A stretch of DNA of 64,000 nucleotides from Podospora anserina (lineage: Eukaryota), in contig CM030335.1 in the NCBI GenBank assembly GCA_017654855.1, forward strand, positions 1,054,001 to 1,118,000, in the 5' to 3' direction. Both the position numbers and the translations under genes were made by a program. The notes beneath the pieces are model-generated. The model had not been told where the DNA came from and ran no database searches. It saw only the letters and a program-made list of their open reading frames with translations. Below are positions 29,391 through 40,850 of this stretch, one piece after another. The number at the start of each line of letters is the position of its first letter. The first letter of the stretch is position 1.

Positions 29391-30614
29391 TTTTATAGAT
29401 CGGTGCCGTCGTGGGTTGTGGGATCTGTCGGTATCCGGAGGTTGAGTACACTTGGATGCTGCGATGATGTCAAGCCCGATTATTGACGACGATAGAGATG
29501 CAAGGCGGGTTGAAGGTGAGTTCGAAATGGTGTTCGTCTGATTGGTGACTTTCCTTTGTGGCTTTTGTGGACAAACGTCTTGATGGACGTCAGAAGTCGC
29601 CGGTGTCGATGAAATTCAAGCGCGTTAAGTTCTTTTAGCAAAGAGAGACACGTCAAGCTCGATGAGAAGTTGCTCCCTCCCTCCCCACCGGGGTTTAAGT
29701 GGTTTATCTAGTCGCGTTACCAACGACTTCGTAGCCAGGGATCTGGTCCCTTCCAAAATTTGATCTTGGCCGTCGTTCACACATCAAGAATCACAGATCT
29801 AGTTGCAGGCCGAATCTGCTTTCAAATCTCAAGACTGAACAATTGCTCTACTGACGGTATCTGTTTACTTGAAGGTGAGCCCCTTTCCTGGTGTGCCGGT
29901 CTCCTCATAAACTAAGTTCAGTATACTACACCTCTGCCAGCGAAATATATATTAGTGCGAGACTTGCCCTTCAAAATAATATATTCATATATTAATTATT
30001 AATAATTATAGATATAATATTAAAATTAATTAAATTTCAAGTTACTTATTTTTATTTTCTATAGTAAAGATACTTTTTAGTTTTAAAGAAATATAAATCT
30101 ATTTATATTATACTTATTAGCTGGTAAGCTCTAATAGGCCTATAATATAGAACCTATACAGGGTTACTGTAAAATACAGCAGTGCGTAAGCGGAAGCAGG
30201 AGGATACGACGGCAGTGCCGAAGGAAGGTAAAGCACTATAATACAGTAAAGTATAAGGAATAAGAATTGCCTTTATTGCCTTTAGCCTTAGCCTTAAACT
30301 TTAGCCCTTAAAGAAAGAAAGAAAAGAACTATTCTATAGGAGAGAGGAGAGGTCTATATATAGGCCTTCGTAGGCCTACTGTAGGTCCTATAGGCCCTAG
30401 AAGCCCCTATACTACTTTAAGGTATATAGTGGGCTTAAATGGGTCTAATATAGACTTACGGAAATCCATAGAACCTTCAGTAGCAAAGATACCCTATAAA
30501 TCACACTATTATAGCAACATACTGCGTAAGTTTATAGCCACTTTAAAAGGTTTTAATATCTATTAACTAAGCCTTAGGCCACAGTAGCCCTATAAGCCTT
30601 CAAAGGTCCTTTAT

Positions 30615-31033
30615 TGTAACGAACCCCTATACAGAACCTCTGAAAGGGATATAGGTTAAAGGTAACTTCTAACAATTAGTTCGGTGCAGCTAAATAGTGC
30701 ACAATAAAATGTCTCGATGTAAACACAAAATACCGTAAATACAAGCTTGAATTGCATACTGCGGAACTGTCTATCTATACCGGCCAGTTCCTCCGTATAT
30801 ATAAACCTTAATCCTCTAGGTACCTCCGTACTTAGATTACCTCGATTACTAAGCGCTCCTGGTGATCCATCCTGGCTTACCTCGCTCACCTAGCGCTCTT
30901 AGCGAGCCGGCTTACCTCTGCTAAGAGGTAAGCGCCCTACTATCCTATAGCCCCGCTGTTATCTGTTACTTAACTAGTTACTACGGCCTACTATAGTCCC
31001 CACTCTGCCTTACTATATAGTTAGTCTGTAATA
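30615..31033 (-). repeat. 3' LTR of the gypsy element
   Basis: Differs from 37652-38070 almost only by transitions; adjacent to PPT. Confidence 0.92.
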
Positions 31034-31173
31034 TAATGCTCCCCCTCCTTATTTTTCGTCCCGAAAGATTCGCTATTACTATTCCTTATACCTTAGTACT
31101 TCTGCCTTTTCTTTTACTATATATATATTTCCTTTCCCCCTTCTTTCCTTAAGCTTACCTAGCGTTACTAACT

Positions 31174-32458
31174 ATATCGGGGCGCGTAAAGAAACGCTAC
31201 CGTAATACGACTCGCGAATAAATAGTCTTTTCCGATTCGATCGACTAAAACGGTATTAAAATTATATTTTACTTTCGTTATTAGCGTATAAAACCTTAAG
31301 GATACTATATTATAAAGGAAGGGTCGAATTATTATTCGAATTACGTTTAAATAAATAAATCGTATAACGGTTTAAACGTAGCCGACTCCCGTAAATACTT
31401 AAGTACTATAGCCGTACGTCCTTTTATTAATAACCGTAATAATAAAAAATTTATTAAAATAAAAAAAAATTAATAATAAAATAATTATAAAAAAAAATTT
31501 ATTAACCGAAACGTTAAATACTTTAACTCGCTTATATAAGTAGCGTACGTCGATATATAATTAAGGTTGTTAGCTGGTAAGCCCTGATAGGCCTATAATA
31601 TAGAACCTATATAGGGTTGCTGTAAAATATAGTAGTGCGTAAGCAGAAGCGGAAGGATACGACGGTAGTGCCGAAGGAAGGTAAAGCACTATAATATAGC
31701 GAGGTATAAGGAATAAGAATTGCCTTTATTACCCTTGGCCTTGGCTTTTGGCCTTAGCTTTAAGCTTTTGCCCTTAAGGAAAGAAAGAGAACTATTCTAC
31801 AGGAGAGAGGAGAGGTTTATATATAGGCCTTCGTAGGCCTACTGTGGGTCCTGTAGGCCCTGGAAGCCCCTATACCACTTTAGGTATTTAGTGGGCTTAG
31901 GTGGGTCTAGTGTAGACTTATGGAAATCTATAGAACCTTTAGTAGCAAAGGTACCCTGTAAATTACACTATTGTAGTAACTTACTACGTAAGCCTGTAGC
32001 CACTTTGGAAGGTTCTAGTATCCATTGACTAAGCCTTAGGCCACAGTAGCCCTATAAGCCTTCAAGGGTCCCTTATAAAGAATATTCTAAAGGGATCCAA
32101 GCCGGGAAGTTCCATTACTACTTATAGCAGTACTGCCCACTGTAATATTAATCTATAGGGCAGTAAGTAAGGCACTTAGTAGTACCCACACATTAACAAA
32201 GGTTTTAAGCTTTTTCGTTAAAGTATAAAGTTACTAAACGAGGCTAACGGTTTAACGTTTCCCACTAATTAATTAAATAAATAATATTTTATTAATTGGG
32301 CTTAATCGATAAGTACTTTTAAAATTATAAATTAGGAGGCTATTAATACCGCTCCTTCGGATCTTAGTATTATCCTCGACTCTTTTACTAACTTCGATTA
32401 GCCGCCTAATCTTTCCTTAAGCCCGGACGTAGCCGGTCCTTCTTTCCTAACCCCGTAA
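31174..32458 (+). pseudogene. RIP-mutated antisense gene inside the retrotransposon: Zn2Cys6-like cluster, coiled coil, acidic tail; interrupted by solo LTR A
   Basis: Six TAY codons (RIP product of TGY) spaced C-x2-C-x8-C-x8-C-x2-C-x6-C at 31270-31365; putative intron from 31391; de-RIP reading LARLxKQR...QG|xELFRxGMELLDE continues across the LTR insertion; end coordinate approximate. Confidence 0.65.
31568..32198 (-). mobile_element. Solo LTR family A copy 2 (631 bp, intact) nested in the gypsy element
   Basis: TGTTAG...TTAACA ends, TSD AAGGT at 31563-31567 and 32199-32203. Confidence 0.93.
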
Positions 32459-32849
32459 AATACCGCCGATAGTACGCCTTTTATTTTTTAAAGTAATTAA
32501 AATATATAGTATTATTTATATTTAGGTCCTTTTATATTTTTTAATTTTATAATATAGTATATAGTATACCGGTTATTACGTCGAAAGTATAGGTTCGATT
32601 CCCGTTAAAGTTCTTTCGTATTTAAATTTATAAATATTTTTCCATAAATTTAAATATAAATCTCCCTTTTTATTACCGGTAATACCTTTTTATTTTACAG
32701 TAATAAAAACGTATAGTATTAATTAAGTTTAGATTTCTTTATACTTATTAATTTAGTAGTATAGTACGTTAACCGTTATATCGAAAGTACGGATTCGATT
32801 TTTATTTAAATTTTAATTGGTTTAAATATTACCGGTAAAATTTTTTTTA

Positions 32850-35800
32850 TTTATTTAAGTAATTAAAATTTATTTTTAACTTCTATAAATTATTTATAGC
32901 CGGATATTTTAATTAATTAATTAAATACTTTAATTAACCTCTATTGAACCGTAAATTTAATATCTTTTCTATATTATACTCTTCTTTTTTATCCTCCGTT
33001 ACTATTTATATATTAACCTTATTCACCGGTAATACGGATTCTAAAAATAAAATATAAAAAATATATAATTATAAATATATTATATTAAATAGTTTTAATT
33101 CGAATACCGTTTTTAAGATTTTCCTTTTAACTTTAAATAAGCCTACTTTCCTATAGTTTAGTTTTTTACTAGGTCTTTTAATACGTAAATTACGTATAGA
33201 AAAGAATACTATATTTTTTCCCTTAAAGCAAGGTCCCTCGAGCTTTTTAATATTATAGTATTTCCGTATCCTTTCCTTTATAAACTTTAATTTTTATTTA
33301 AGTTTACTATAAAATATATATAATTTATTTACTTTAACCCTAACCTTAAGTACCTTAACATTAAATCTCTACTATAAGTCTACCTTATATTTAAAATTTA
33401 TAAAGAATAGTATAACTTTAATCGTCTCGGTTAATAATATATTATATATTAATTATATTATAAATAATAATTTAATTTAATCGTTATACTCGAAATTAAT
33501 ATAATTCCGTAAATATTATTTTATAATCTAATTAAACCGTTCCGTTTAACCGTTTATTTAAAAGTAGTAGGCCGATAATACTTTACTTATTACCCCTAGC
33601 CTCGTTATTAATACTTTTTAAAACTTCGATACGAATTTAATATTACGGTCCGTAATAAACTTTTTTAATTATATATATATTAATATAATATACCGTAATA
33701 CTATATTTACTAATTATTTTACTAATTAAATTTCTTTATATAATAAAAAATATATTTATTTAATAAGCTTATCGATTATCGTTAATATACTATCGTACTT
33801 AACGCCGGTTATTATATTTTTAAACTTTAATAATTTAATAATAAAATTTATTATAACTAAACTCTATAATCGTTTTACTATTAATAATAATTCTAGAAAT
33901 TTATAAAACTTATACTTCGTAACCTTTATTTCTTTATACGTATAGTATAATTAAATAACTTCCTTAACGTCGTCTTTAATCTTTAATTAATTAAAGTATT
34001 ATTTAATTTTTTTTATAATTTTCGCGATACTTATATATCCTCCGAACTTCGATCTATAAATTTTTATTATTAATATCGTCCTATTATTTAGCTTTACGTA
34101 TACTCGATTTTTATACTATAGCTTTCCCTAACTACTTTTTTAAATACTTTATAGCTTTAACTTTTTTTATTAATATTATTCTATAATATCGTTACTTAAC
34201 CTTCCTTAATATTTATTAAAAGTAACTTATTTATAATATATTACGTAATACTTTATTTACGGTTAAAGTAAATACTTAAAAATATCCTTTAACGTCTTTT
34301 TAAATAATAATAGTAACTCTCTAAATATATCTTTATAATAATCGGCTTGCCGGCTAAATATATTTACTTTAATATTTTCCAAACTTTTTTTATAATTAAT
34401 TTAAAAATTAAATTCCGAAAGAAACTTTAATTATTATATTTACCGTACATTAAAAACTTTTATTATAGTAAAGTATTATAGGTTTTTATAATCCGTATAG
34501 ATCTATATTTTAGAATTAATATTATTAAAATATAACCTTTATTTTTCGAACGCTTCGACGATAATAAATAACTTTTTATTGTAGATTAAATAGTTTTAAC
34601 GTATCTTTTTTAGTTTTTTCGAAAAGAAAACTATCGGGTATAGCTTTTTATTATCGTTTCGCTATCCTAACTACCTACCGATTATATAGTTTAATATATT
34701 TACCTCGACTTTAAATAATCGATTAGGGTTTCGTAATTTAAATATTAAGTTTTTTAAAATAATTTTTTTTAGCTCCTAAAAGGCTTACTTTTTTTTTTAC
34801 CTCTACCGGAATTCCACGTCTTTCTTAATTAAATAGTTAAATAGTCGCGCGATTCCTACGTACCTATAAATAAATATTTAATAAAAATTTATAAATCCTA
34901 AAAATTCTTTAACGTATATTTATATTTATAGCGTAAGTTAATCCTTAATTACTATAATTTTTTTAAATTCTATACGAACCTTATTTAACGATATTAAATA
35001 TTTTAAATATATTATTTTTTATATATAAAACTCGCTCTTTTCTTTATTAATTAAAAGTCCGGCTCCGTATAGCGTATCGAATATCTCTCGTATATATTAT
35101 TTATATTCCTTTAAAGTATATAAATAAATAAAAATATTATTAAAATAATATATTATTATTTTATCGAAGTATTTCCGGATCGTATAGTTAATAAAAAATT
35201 AGAACGTTATAAGTATATTAATTAACCCGAATAGTATTATAAAATATTTAAAATAATTATAAGGTATATAAAATATTATTTTTTATTTATTTTTTTCTTT
35301 AATTTATATATAGGTGTACCCGATAGATATATTTAAATATATAAAGTATTATACTTTTATTAATTAACTTTATAATTTAAATATTAATAGTAATAGGTAT
35401 TTATTTTTTATTATTTTATTATTTAATTAATAATAATTTATATATAGTTATAAATTACTATTTTTTTTTAGTACGAAGAATATAGGGTATCCTATTAGCG
35501 ATATAGATTCCTTAATATATTTTCTCTTTAAATTTTTATTTAAATATTTCTATAATTCCTTACTTTATTTATCGTTAGTATAATAAACTTTAAATAACTA
35601 TAACTTAGTTCCTTCTTTTAATTTAATCTCGTAGTCTCACGATCCTCGTTCGGGAAATCCCTTTAAATATTTAATCGTAAAAGTTAAATATTTTCGATAT
35701 TTTACCGGTACCGCTTTTTTTTTACCTTTCTTTATATTATTATAATAAGTATATTTATTAACCTTCGATATCTTTACTAACGTTATTAACCTTATTTTTT

Positions 35801-37560
35801 TAATTTTATTATTTATATCGATAAAGTATATTATTATTTTTTAAATTCTTTACGGTAATACCGTAAAAGGTATTTATTCTATACTTTACTTTATACGTAC
35901 GCCTAATCTTTTATTATTAATTAAATATTTTTAAAGTTTTTTTAATTATAAATAATTACTATCCCTTTAATCGATATTTAAATTATAATTTTTATATTAT
36001 AATTATTTTAGGATTATATCCTTTAAGGGTCTTATATTTATAATATTAAATATAATTAAAGTTATTTTTCTTTCGACTATAATATTTAAAAGTAGTATTT
36101 CTTTATAAATTCTTTATATCGGAAATAATTTTTATATAATAATTTATTCCTTTTTTTTAATAGTATTTTAGTTTAATATATAAATTATAACGAAATTAAG
36201 TTTGTTTCCGTACCGCTATTTATTAATATTACCGCTTAAATATCTTTCTAGTATATTATAACCTAGAAACGTTTATCTCTCTTACTTCCTTCCTATACGG
36301 TAGTAACCTCGCTAACGAATATCGGGTCGTTATTCTATATCTTTACTTTACGCTAATACTTTTGAAAATACTATTCGTAGTCCGTTAAAGGTTACCGGCC
36401 TCCGCGAAGAGCTATAAATTATTTTTTAAACGGTTATATTATTTAAAAATATTTTTTTATTCCGGGTTATTTAGTAATATAAAGTTTTTTAATTATACCC
36501 GTTTAATTTCCTTTTATTTTCCGTTTTTTACGTACTTAGTATTCTCTTATATATATATCCGATAGCAGTTCTTTATTTTACTTTACTAATATTTAATAAT
36601 TATAACCTTTATAATTTTTAATTCCTTCGATATAGTAATTACTACGATCTTTTTCTTTTATCCGAATCGCTTAAGTACCCTACAATCTTTTTTAAAATAT
36701 TTTATTTTACCGTAATTAAAATACTTAAAATTATTTTTACTTTAGTTTTACGGCCTTTATTACTAAATAGTATTAACTTTTATAAGCCTTACGTATATAA
36801 TCCCCGAAACGTAAGTCCCGTATAGCTATCTCTTTTTTTTATTATTAAAGTAATAGGGTCCTTATATATATATACTTTTACGCTTTTTACGGTATTAATA
36901 TTATTAATCGTTAATACGAATTACTATTATAATATACTTATCGATAGTTTCCGGTCACTCTATTTAATATAGTTTATTTTTAATTTTTTTTAAGCCCGTT
37001 ATAGAATAACTATATTAATCCTTTATCGTTAATTATATTATAAAATATATTTATCTTAAATACTATAATATAATTAATAATAAATTAAGTTTATTTAAGG
37101 TTAGTTAGTCGTTCCTAAGTGTATTTACTTTCGTTATACTTTTTAAATACCTCCTTAATTTTCTCTTTAAAACCTTTATATAATTTAAAATACTTTTTCG
37201 TAATATTTTCCCTCTTATTTTATTTATTATTAAAGTAATCTCCTAAAATCGGCTCGAACTAAATAAATACTTTATCCTTAAGCCTAAACGCGGCGTATAT
37301 AACCTTGGATTTCTTGTCTGGGAAACGAAAAGGGTAGTACTAAACGTAAGCTTTAAGTTAAATTAAAAATCTTCCTAACTTTCTTTTTATACCTCTATAG
37401 CGATTAAGTGCTTCGAGCTTAATACGCTCTCCTTCCCTGCGTAAGGTACTAATTTCCTGGTAGAGTATAGCGTTCTTTTACGTAAATATATTATAGGAAA
37501 GGTATAACTTATCTTTAAGCTTTTAAATACGAACGAAAAGTTAGTCGATAGTAGGTTAGG
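32850..37560 (-). pseudogene. RIP-degraded gag-pol
   Basis: De-RIP motifs: protease IDSGA about 36215, RT YxDD about 35140, RNase H EVDASDY..IAFFSKKL about 34610-34710, integrase GHxG about 34040, TDRD..F about 33645, DGQTER about 33545, chromodomain EEYxxEKIL..YLI.W about 32900-32985; boundaries approximate. Confidence 0.85.
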
Positions 37561-37651
37561 TCGAAATCCTTTAAGTATTAATATTTCCGGCTATAATATT
37601 ATTTTAATACCTTTAATTTATTTGTAATAGAGTTAAAGTAAGTATATAACG

Positions 37652-38070
37652 TGTGACGAACCCCTATATAAAACCTTTAAAAGGCATATGGGTTAAAGGT
37701 AATTTCTAATAATTAGTTCGGTGTAGCTAAATAGTATATAATAAAATATCTCGATATAAATATAAAATACTATAAATATAAGTTTAAATTATATATTACG
37801 GAACTATCTATTTATACCGGCCAGTTCCTCCGTATATATAAACCTTAATTCTTTAAGTACCTCCGTACTTAGATTACCTCGATTACTAAGCGCTTCTAGT
37901 GATCCATCCTAGCTCACTTCGCTCACCTAACGCTCCTAGCGAGCCGGCTTACCTCTGTTAAGAGGTGAGCGCCCCACTATCCTGTAGCCCCGCTATTATT
38001 TATTACTTAACTAGTCACTACAGCCTGCTGCAGTCCCCACTCTGCCTTGCTATATAGTTGGTCTGTAACA
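37652..38070 (-). repeat. 5' LTR of the gypsy element
   Basis: Direct repeat of 30615-31033, next to gag end of internal region. Confidence 0.92.
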
Positions 38071-38286
38071 TTTATAAAAAATATTTTAAAGAGATCCAAG
38101 CCGGGAAGTTCCATTACTACTTATAGCAGTACTGCCCACTATAATATTAATTTGTAGGGCAGTAAGTAGGGCACATAGTAGTACCTACACATTAATAATA
38201 CTTAGTGCCGGAACCTAGGTTCGTTAATATATTAAATAAATTAAATAAGAATTTTGCTATGCCGCACCGCTTTTATAGTGGGGCCG

Positions 38287-38657
38287 TATAACGAACCTCT
38301 ATATAGAACCTTTAAAAGGGATATTAGTTAAAGGTAACTTCTAACAATTAATTCGGTATAGCTAAACAGTGCACAATAAAATATCTTAATGTAAACACAA
38401 AATGCTGTAAATACAACTGTGAATTGCATACTGCGGAACTATTTATCTACACTAGCCAGTTCCTCCATATATATAAACCTGTTTATTACTATTATCACTA
38501 GTAATAATGTCGATTATTACTCGTCGTTCACCGAAGGCTAGTGATAATCGCGATTATCACCCTTAGCGCTAGTGATAATCTAACTTCCTTACTTTTCCGT
38601 TCCTAGTAGTTAGACGGGTCGCGCTCTGCGCTCCCTACTTATATTAGGTCCGTGATA
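38287..38657 (-). mobile_element. Solo LTR, second subfamily of the gypsy LTR (shared 3' half, different 5' half)
   Basis: First about 195 bp match 30615-30808 up to TATATAAACCT then diverge; flanks GGCCG/GCCCG (4/5 TSD). Confidence 0.85.
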
Positions 38658-38948
38658 GCCCGCCTGCCTGCTTCTGTGAGTGAGGCTACGCGCGCACTAG
38701 CTAGAGAGCTGTAGTTAAAGAAATTCCTACACTTCCGGGAATTCCTTGCTTTCTTTAATCATTTATTACCTTTTACTATATCTTGCCTCACTTTACCTTG
38801 TGAAACGGCATTAATACTGCTATAAATAACTATATTTAATTATAGTTGCTATTAATTTTATGTTATAGTTAAGCTAATAGGTAAGACGGACCGTGTGCGG
38901 GGTACGACACGCACCGCTAATCGCTAATAGAACTAATCAGGACGGGAG

Positions 38949-39315
38949 TAGTGGTTTGGGGTGCGGCCACAGGCCTAAGAGTATGAGTAAGGAAGCGGGG
39001 CTCTTTGAGGACTCAGGGGTTCAGGGGTTATGTATATAAGCGGTCTGCTTCGGACATTCTATTTTAGACAGGACATCGACTTTTATTTTTCTTCGTATTT
39101 TGTGCCTTGCACGCGTGCAGGCAATTCTGGCCCTCTGATCAGGCCAATCCGGTGCTTATTATGTGGCCTGCGAGCCCATAGTGTTTTTTCTTTGTCTTGA
39201 GTGAAGTGCGGCTTGCGAGCGAGTTACTGTCACGCAGGCGTGTCCATTTAGGGACCTGTTGAGAGTATATTTGCGGTGTTGTGGTTGGTTTGTGTGTTTT
39301 CTCACCATTTCAGTA
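38949..39315 (+). mobile_element. LTR-like repeat family C, copy 1
   Basis: Inverted homologue of 39562-39927; central TATATAAG. Confidence 0.75.
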
Positions 39316-39327
39316 GCCTCGCCTGTG

Positions 39328-39561
39328 GGATTATTACTAAGGGTTAATGATCTAGCGCAGGATTATTATTAAGAGTTAATGATCTAGGAAACTACTAGGT
39401 TTATATATATAAAGGAATTAACTAGTGTAGATAGATAGTTCCGTAATATATAATTATAAGTCACAATCGTGGTATCTTAGCGATTATAATTGAGATAAAC
39501 TATTTGTTATATACTATTTAGCTGTACCGAACTAGGATTATTTAAAAGTGCTTTCAACTAA
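39328..39561 (+). mobile_element. Truncated LTR fragment, third variant of the gypsy LTR
   Basis: AGGTTTATATATA..GATAGTTCCG..TTTAGCTGTACCGAACTA shared with the other LTRs; distinct upstream part with a 32-bp tandem duplication. Confidence 0.7.
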
Positions 39562-40017
39562 TATTAAAATAGTGAGAAATATACAAAATAACTATAACAC
39601 TATAAATATACCCTCAATAGGTCTCTAAATAAACACACCTGCGTAATAGTAACTCGCTCGCAGGCCGCACTTCACGTAGGACAAAAAAAAGACATTATAG
39701 GCTCGCAGGCCACATAATAAGCACCGGATTGGCCTGATCAGAGGGCCAGAATTGCCTGCACGCGTGTAAAGCACAAAATACGAAGAAAAATAAAAGTCGA
39801 TGATTTGTTTAAAATAGAATATCCGAAGCAGACCGCTTATATATATGACCCCTGAACCCCTAAGTCCTCCGAGAGCCCCGCTTCCTTACTTATACTTTTA
39901 GGCTTGTGGCCGCACCCTAAACCATTATATACATAGCCCCCTTAAACCCCTAAGTCCTCTAAGCGCCCCGCTTCCTTACTCATACTCTTAAGCCTATAGC
40001 CGTACCCCAAACTAATA
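39562..40017 (-). mobile_element. LTR-like repeat family C, copy 2, with internal about 85-bp tandem duplication
   Basis: Reverse complement of 38949-39315; 39845-39927 repeated at about 39932-40012; RIP-altered TGTTG..CAACA-type ends. Confidence 0.78.
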
Positions 40018-40352
40018 TAATAGCTATCGAAGGTATAAGTTTATTGTTGAAATAGGTGCTATTAAGGCCTGTAAAATATAGGCTTAAATTGCTATCGGCG
40101 CAGTATATTAAGCGCGAAGAAAACTTTAATTATAATATTTAATAATTACCGGGGCACTAAAGGAAAGTGGATTATAGAGGCAGCGCCCTATAATATATAA
40201 AAGATAATTACTGCAATATAGGCTTATAAGGCACTAATAAGTGTGGTAAACTATTATATTAATTAAACCTTATAAACTAAAAAATATTATAGTAAATAAA
40301 AGGTAAGGTAGAGGTTTTATAAGCCGTTAGTCGTCCACTCGCTCCCCGAGGG

Positions 40353-40725
40353 TGTTACGGACCTAATATAAGTAAGGAGCGCGGGGCGCGACCCGTCTAA
40401 CTACTAGGAATAGAAAAGTGGGGAAGTTAGATTATTACTAGCGCTAAGGGTAATAATTACGATTATTACTAGCCTTCGGTAAAGGACGAGTAATAATTAA
40501 TATTATTATTAGTAATAATAATAATAAACAGGTCTATATATATACGGAGGAACTAGCTAATATAAATAGATAGTTCCGCAGTATATAATTCACAGTTGTA
40601 TTTACGGTATCTTATATTTATATCGAGACATTTTATTGTGCACTGTTTAGCTGCACCGAACTAATTGTTAGAAGTTACCTTTAATTAATATCCCTTTTAG
40701 AGGTTTTGTATAGGGGTTCGTTATA
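40353..40725 (+). mobile_element. Solo LTR, same subfamily as 38287-38657, opposite orientation
   Basis: TGTTAC...GTTATA ends, perfect TSD GAGGG at 40348-40352 and 40726-40730. Confidence 0.92.
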
Positions 40726-40781
40726 GAGGGTAACTCCGTTCCCGAGCCTAAACGCCCGCTAAGTGCGCTAACTAAAATAAG

Positions 40782-40850
40782 GTTATAGGCTACGTTATAA
40801 GCTACGTTATAAGCCACGTTATAGGCCACGTTATAAGCTACGTTACGTTA
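40782..40850. repeat. 12-bp tandem repeat GTTATARGCYAC x5
   Basis: Units at 40782, 40794, 40806, 40818, 40830; variants are transitions. Confidence 0.9.

Larger units (their letters stand above)
30615..38070 (-). mobile_element. Full-length RIP-inactivated Ty3/gypsy chromovirus (crapaud-like LTR organisation)
   Basis: 419-bp direct LTRs 30615-31033 and 37652-38070 (TG..CA), TSD TTTAT both sides, PPT AAGGAGGGGGAG about 31039-31050 on minus, relic gag-PR-RT-RH-INT-chromodomain order. Confidence 0.93.
30115..38197 (-). mobile_element. Solo LTR family A copy 1, split into 30115-30614 and 38071-38197 by the gypsy insertion
   Basis: The two halves are collinear with the intact copy 31568-32198; TSD ATACT at 30110-30114 and 38198-38202; orientation from TATA and AATAAA on minus strand. 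Confidence 0.9.

Noticed and set aside
40782-40850. Possible CRISPR-like array
   Set aside because: Head-to-tail 12-mers with no spacers, in a eukaryotic TE.
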